11,008 nucleotides of DNA from Elusimicrobiota bacterium (GTDB taxonomy: Bacteria; Elusimicrobiota; Elusimicrobia; Elusimicrobiales; UBA9959), in the NCBI GenBank assembly GCA_027340875.1, contig DAIENX010000096.1:1-11008 (forward strand), written 5' to 3'. Below, one piece after another: positions 8,041 to 11,008 of the stretch. A program made the translations under genes and the position numbers. Each line of letters begins with the position of its first letter. Position 1 is the first letter of the stretch. The notes under the pieces are model-generated. The model was given only the letters and a program-made list of their open reading frames with translations. It was not told the DNA's origin and did not search any database.

Positions 8041-9632
8041 CGCAGAAATTCAGGACTTTCGCGGAATTCGAGAACTTCTACGGCCTTTACCGGCCGCTTA
8101 CCCCGTACGGGCGCAGGCTGCGCGAGGAGCGCCGCTTCTTCACCGACGCGGCCGAGCTGAAGCTGGAGTACGACCTCACGGCGGCCATAGGGACGTTCCT
8201 GGCTTCCAGCCGCCACAAGGCCGACAAGCTCCGCTTCCACCTGCGCAGCATACCCGCCCTGGAGCTTTCCGCCGAGGCGCTCGCCTCCGCCGCCGGGCTT
8301 TTCCTGGCGCGCAAGTTCCTCTACAACGCCGCGGAGATCTTCAGCCTGCTGCCGGCCGCGCTGCGCGCCAGGTTCGGGGCGAGGTGGGACTCGGCCGCGC
8401 TGCTGGCTCAGCTGGACAAGGGCGGCGCCGGCGAGGCGTTCCATATAGCCGACGCCTATTCCGCGGAACTGGCGGCGGAGCGCGCGGCCATAGCCGCCTG
8501 CGACCGCCAGCTCAGGACCCTGCGCGAGAAGAAGATGAAGGCCCTGCGCGAGCGCCACGGCCTGGACTTCTCGGACCGCGATTTCCTGGTCGTTACCGAG
8601 GAGGCTGCCGCCAGGGTGGGCGCCTCGCCCGAGCTCTTCGTCGAGCCTTTCGACGGCTCCCACGTCACCGTGAAGCCCGTGTTCGGCCCGGAGCACATGG
8701 AGGCGGCCGCGGAACGGGACCGCCGGCGGGCGCGCGAGCAGGAGCTGGAGGCGGCCGTTGTCAGGGAGCTCGCGGCGGCCGTGGCGGCCGAACAGAAGAA
8801 CTTCGCCGCCTATATCTCGGCCATCGAGCGCATCGACACCGCCGCGGAAAAGGCCAGGCTCGCCGCCGAGCTGAAGCTGACGCGCCCGGTGATACGGAAA
8901 TATCCCTCCGCCATAAAGCTGGCAAAAGCGCGCTTCCTCCCGCTGGAGGGCCGCATCGCCGAGGCCGGCCTGAAGTACACGCCGCTGACCGCCTCCTTCA
9001 CGCGCCGGGTCAACGTGATCCACGGCTCCAACATGGGCGGCAAGACGGTGGTCCTGAAGACGCTTTCCTTCCTGCAGCTGCTGGCGCAGAGCGGCTTCTA
9101 CGCGCCGGCAGCCTCTTTCGAGACCTGCCTCTTCGACGGCGCGGCCTTCATAGGCGGCGGCGAGATGGAGACGGCGGGAGGCCTGAGCAGCTTCGGCCTT
9201 GAGATGAACGATTTCGCCGAGGCCCACGCGGGCCTGAAGTCCGGCAGCAAGCTGCTGCTGCTGGACGAGTTCGCCCGGACCACCAATTCGGAGGAGGCGG
9301 CCGCTCTGCTTTCCGCCATCCTTCAGGACCTCGGCGCCAGGCCCGCGGCGTTCACTTTCCTGGCCACCCATTTCTCGGGCCTTGAGACCGGCAAGGGCTC
9401 CGCGGCCTTCCGGATGCGCGGCTTCGACACCGCGGCCTTCAACGAGTATTTCTCCGGGAAGCCCGCCTGCGGCCTCTACGAGAAGCTGAAGATGATCAAC
9501 CGCTTCATGCGCTACGAGCTGCTGGAAGGCGCCGGCGACGAGGCGCGGGACGCTATAAAGATCGCCTACATCCTGGGGGTGGCCAAGGGGATCATCAAGA
9601 CGGCCCAAAAATTCATGGAGGGCAGGAAATGA
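8037..9632 (+). CDS. kamC: KamC-like protein with MutS domain V ATPase, putative lysine 5,6-aminomutase reactivase subunit
   Basis: Walker A GSNMGGKT, MutS-type GLSSFGLEM, Walker B LLLLDE, ATH motif and C-terminal AIKIAYILG helix. No N-terminal mismatch-binding domain and no Smr domain. ATGA overlaps with kamB (8037-8040) and kamD (9629-9632). Confidence 0.8.
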   Translation: MTQKFRTFAEFENFYGLYRPLTPYGRRLREERRFFTDAAELKLEYDLTAAIGTFLASSRHKADKLRFHLRSIPALELSAEALASAAGLFLARKFLYNAAEIFSLLPAALRARFGARWDSAALLAQLDKGGAGEAFHIADAYSAELAAERAAIAACDRQLRTLREKKMKALRERHGLDFSDRDFLVVTEEAAARVGASPELFVEPFDGSHVTVKPVFGPEHMEAAAERDRRRAREQELEAAVVRELAAAVAAEQKNFAAYISAIERIDTAAEKARLAAELKLTRPVIRKYPSAIKLAKARFLPLEGRIAEAGLKYTPLTASFTRRVNVIHGSNMGGKTVVLKTLSFLQLLAQSGFYAPAASFETCLFDGAAFIGGGEMETAGGLSSFGLEMNDFAEAHAGLKSGSKLLLLDEFARTTNSEEAAALLSAILQDLGARPAAFTFLATHFSGLETGKGSAAFRMRGFDTAAFNEYFSGKPACGLYEKLKMINRFMRYELLEGAGDEARDAIKIAYILGVAKGIIKTAQKFMEGRK

Positions 9633-11008
9633 CCAAGGTAAACAGCAAGCTGGGACTCTCTAAGCCCAAGATAGACAAGGCCAGGAAGCTGGCGGCGGCC
9701 GTAACGGCCCCGGTGCAGCGTTTCATCGACGGCCATACCACGGTGACGGTAGAGCGCGCGACTCTGCGCCTGCTGGGAGCCGACGGCGCCAACGCCGACG
9801 GCGTTCCGGTGCCGAACCTGATAGCCGCGCAGTGCGGGGCCAGGCTCGCGGGCGGAGCGGCCCGCTACTACCTGAACGCGCTGGCCAGGCTCGACAAGAC
9901 CCAGGCGGAGCTCAACGCCGAGATAGCCAAGGGCCTCGACATCGCCGGGCTGGAGCTCACCGACATGAAGCGCGTCCAGGACAAGGCGGCCGAGCTGATA
10001 AAGGGCCTCGACGCCCGCATAGCCGCGAACGTCTCCCACCGCGACGAGAAGCTCGCACTCTACAAGGACAAGGCCCGCTCGCCGCTCATCTACGTCATCG
10101 TGGCGACCGGGAACATCTACGAGGACGTGAAGCAGGCCCAGGCCGCGGCGCTGCAGGGCGCGGACATCATCGCGGTCATCCGCACCACCGCGCAGAGCCT
10201 GCTGGACTACGTGCCGTACGGCGCCACGACCGAAGGCTTCGGAGGCACCTACGCCACCCAGGAGAACTTCCGCATAATGAGGAAGGCGCTCGACGAAGTG
10301 GTGGACAGGGAGAAGCGCTATATACGGCTGGTCAACTACTGTTCCGGCCTCTGCATGCCGGAGATCGCCGCGATGGGCGCCCTCGAGCGCCTGGACATGA
10401 TGCTCAACGACAGCATGTACGGCATCCTGTTCCGCGACATCAACATGTACCGCACCTTCACGGACCAGTACTTCAGCCGCATGATCAACGCCGCGGCGGA
10501 CATCATCATCAACACCGGCGAGGACAACTACCTGACGACCTCCGACGCGGTGGAGAAGGCCCATACGGTGCTCGCCAGCCAGTTCCTGAACGAGAAGTTC
10601 GCCGCCAACGCCGGCATGCCGCCGCGCCTGATGGGCCTCGGCCACGCCTTCGAGATAAACCCGGAGGTCAAGAACGGCTTCCTGTACGAGTACGCCCAGG
10701 CCCTGATGGCGCGGGAGATCTTCCCGAAGCACCCGCTGAAGTACATGCCGCCGACGAAGTTCATGACCGGCGACGTCTTCAAGGGCTACGCGATGAACAC
10801 GCTGTTCAACTTCGTCAGTAAGGCCACCGGCCAGGGCATAGAGCTGCTGGGCATGCTGACCGAGGCCATCCACACGCCCTACCTCCAGGACAGACACCTA
10901 GCGATAGCGAACGCGCTGTACGTGCACAACACGATGGCGGACTTCATGGGCGAGGTGGAGTTCAGGAAGGACGGGATAATGGCGCGCCGGGCGAAACAGG
11001 TCCTGGAC
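9629..11008 (+). CDS. kamD: D-lysine/L-beta-lysine 5,6-aminomutase alpha subunit (AdoCbl/PLP-dependent), 3'-truncated by the window edge
   Basis: Not in the ORF track because there is no stop in the window. Manual translation from ATG 9629 gives MTKVNSKLGL...HTTVTVERATLRLLG...YVIVATGNIYEDV...IRTTAQSLLDYVPYG...GGTYATQENFR...NYCSGLCMPEIA...NTGEDNYLTT...KYMPPTKFMTG...GMLTEAIHTP, open for 460 codons to the edge. Confidence 0.96.
   Translation, partial: MTKVNSKLGLSKPKIDKARKLAAAVTAPVQRFIDGHTTVTVERATLRLLGADGANADGVPVPNLIAAQCGARLAGGAARYYLNALARLDKTQAELNAEIAKGLDIAGLELTDMKRVQDKAAELIKGLDARIAANVSHRDEKLALYKDKARSPLIYVIVATGNIYEDVKQAQAAALQGADIIAVIRTTAQSLLDYVPYGATTEGFGGTYATQENFRIMRKALDEVVDREKRYIRLVNYCSGLCMPEIAAMGALERLDMMLNDSMYGILFRDINMYRTFTDQYFSRMINAAADIIINTGEDNYLTTSDAVEKAHTVLASQFLNEKFAANAGMPPRLMGLGHAFEINPEVKNGFLYEYAQALMAREIFPKHPLKYMPPTKFMTGDVFKGYAMNTLFNFVSKATGQGIELLGMLTEAIHTPYLQDRHLAIANALYVHNTMADFMGEVEFRKDGIMARRAKQVLD

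Noticed and set aside
8037..9632. DNA mismatch repair MutS or MutS2
   Set aside because: Too short, lacks the mismatch-binding and Smr domains, has no mutL nearby, and sits in the kamC position.
9832..10821. 329-aa + strand ORF in the track, and the similar 8384..9202
   Set aside because: Arg/Gly/Pro-rich off-frame translations inside kamD and kamC. The true kamD frame starts at 9629.

Overview
High-GC bacterial chromosomal window with no mobile elements, RNA genes or CRISPR arrays. The left third holds a 5'-truncated hypothetical CDS, a conserved 171-aa protein of unknown function, phosphoglucomutase (pgm) with its own sigma70-type promoter, a small predicted membrane protein, a terminator hairpin between converging genes, and a minus-strand Mrp/ApbC/NBP35 Fe-S carrier ATPase. 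Divergent from apbC, across a short AT-rich promoter island, lies an anaerobic L-lysine fermentation operon: kce, kdd, kamA, kamB-like P-loop protein, kamC-like MutS-type ATPase and kamD. kamD runs off the right edge and is absent from the supplied ORF track. The pathway itself is known. The points worth following up are the KamB/KamC ATPase pair, the absence of kal in front of kce, the divergent apbC, a hairpin that may bridge a distant Shine-Dalgarno to kamB, and two uncharacterised proteins. All calls come from motif recognition by eye; no database searches were run.
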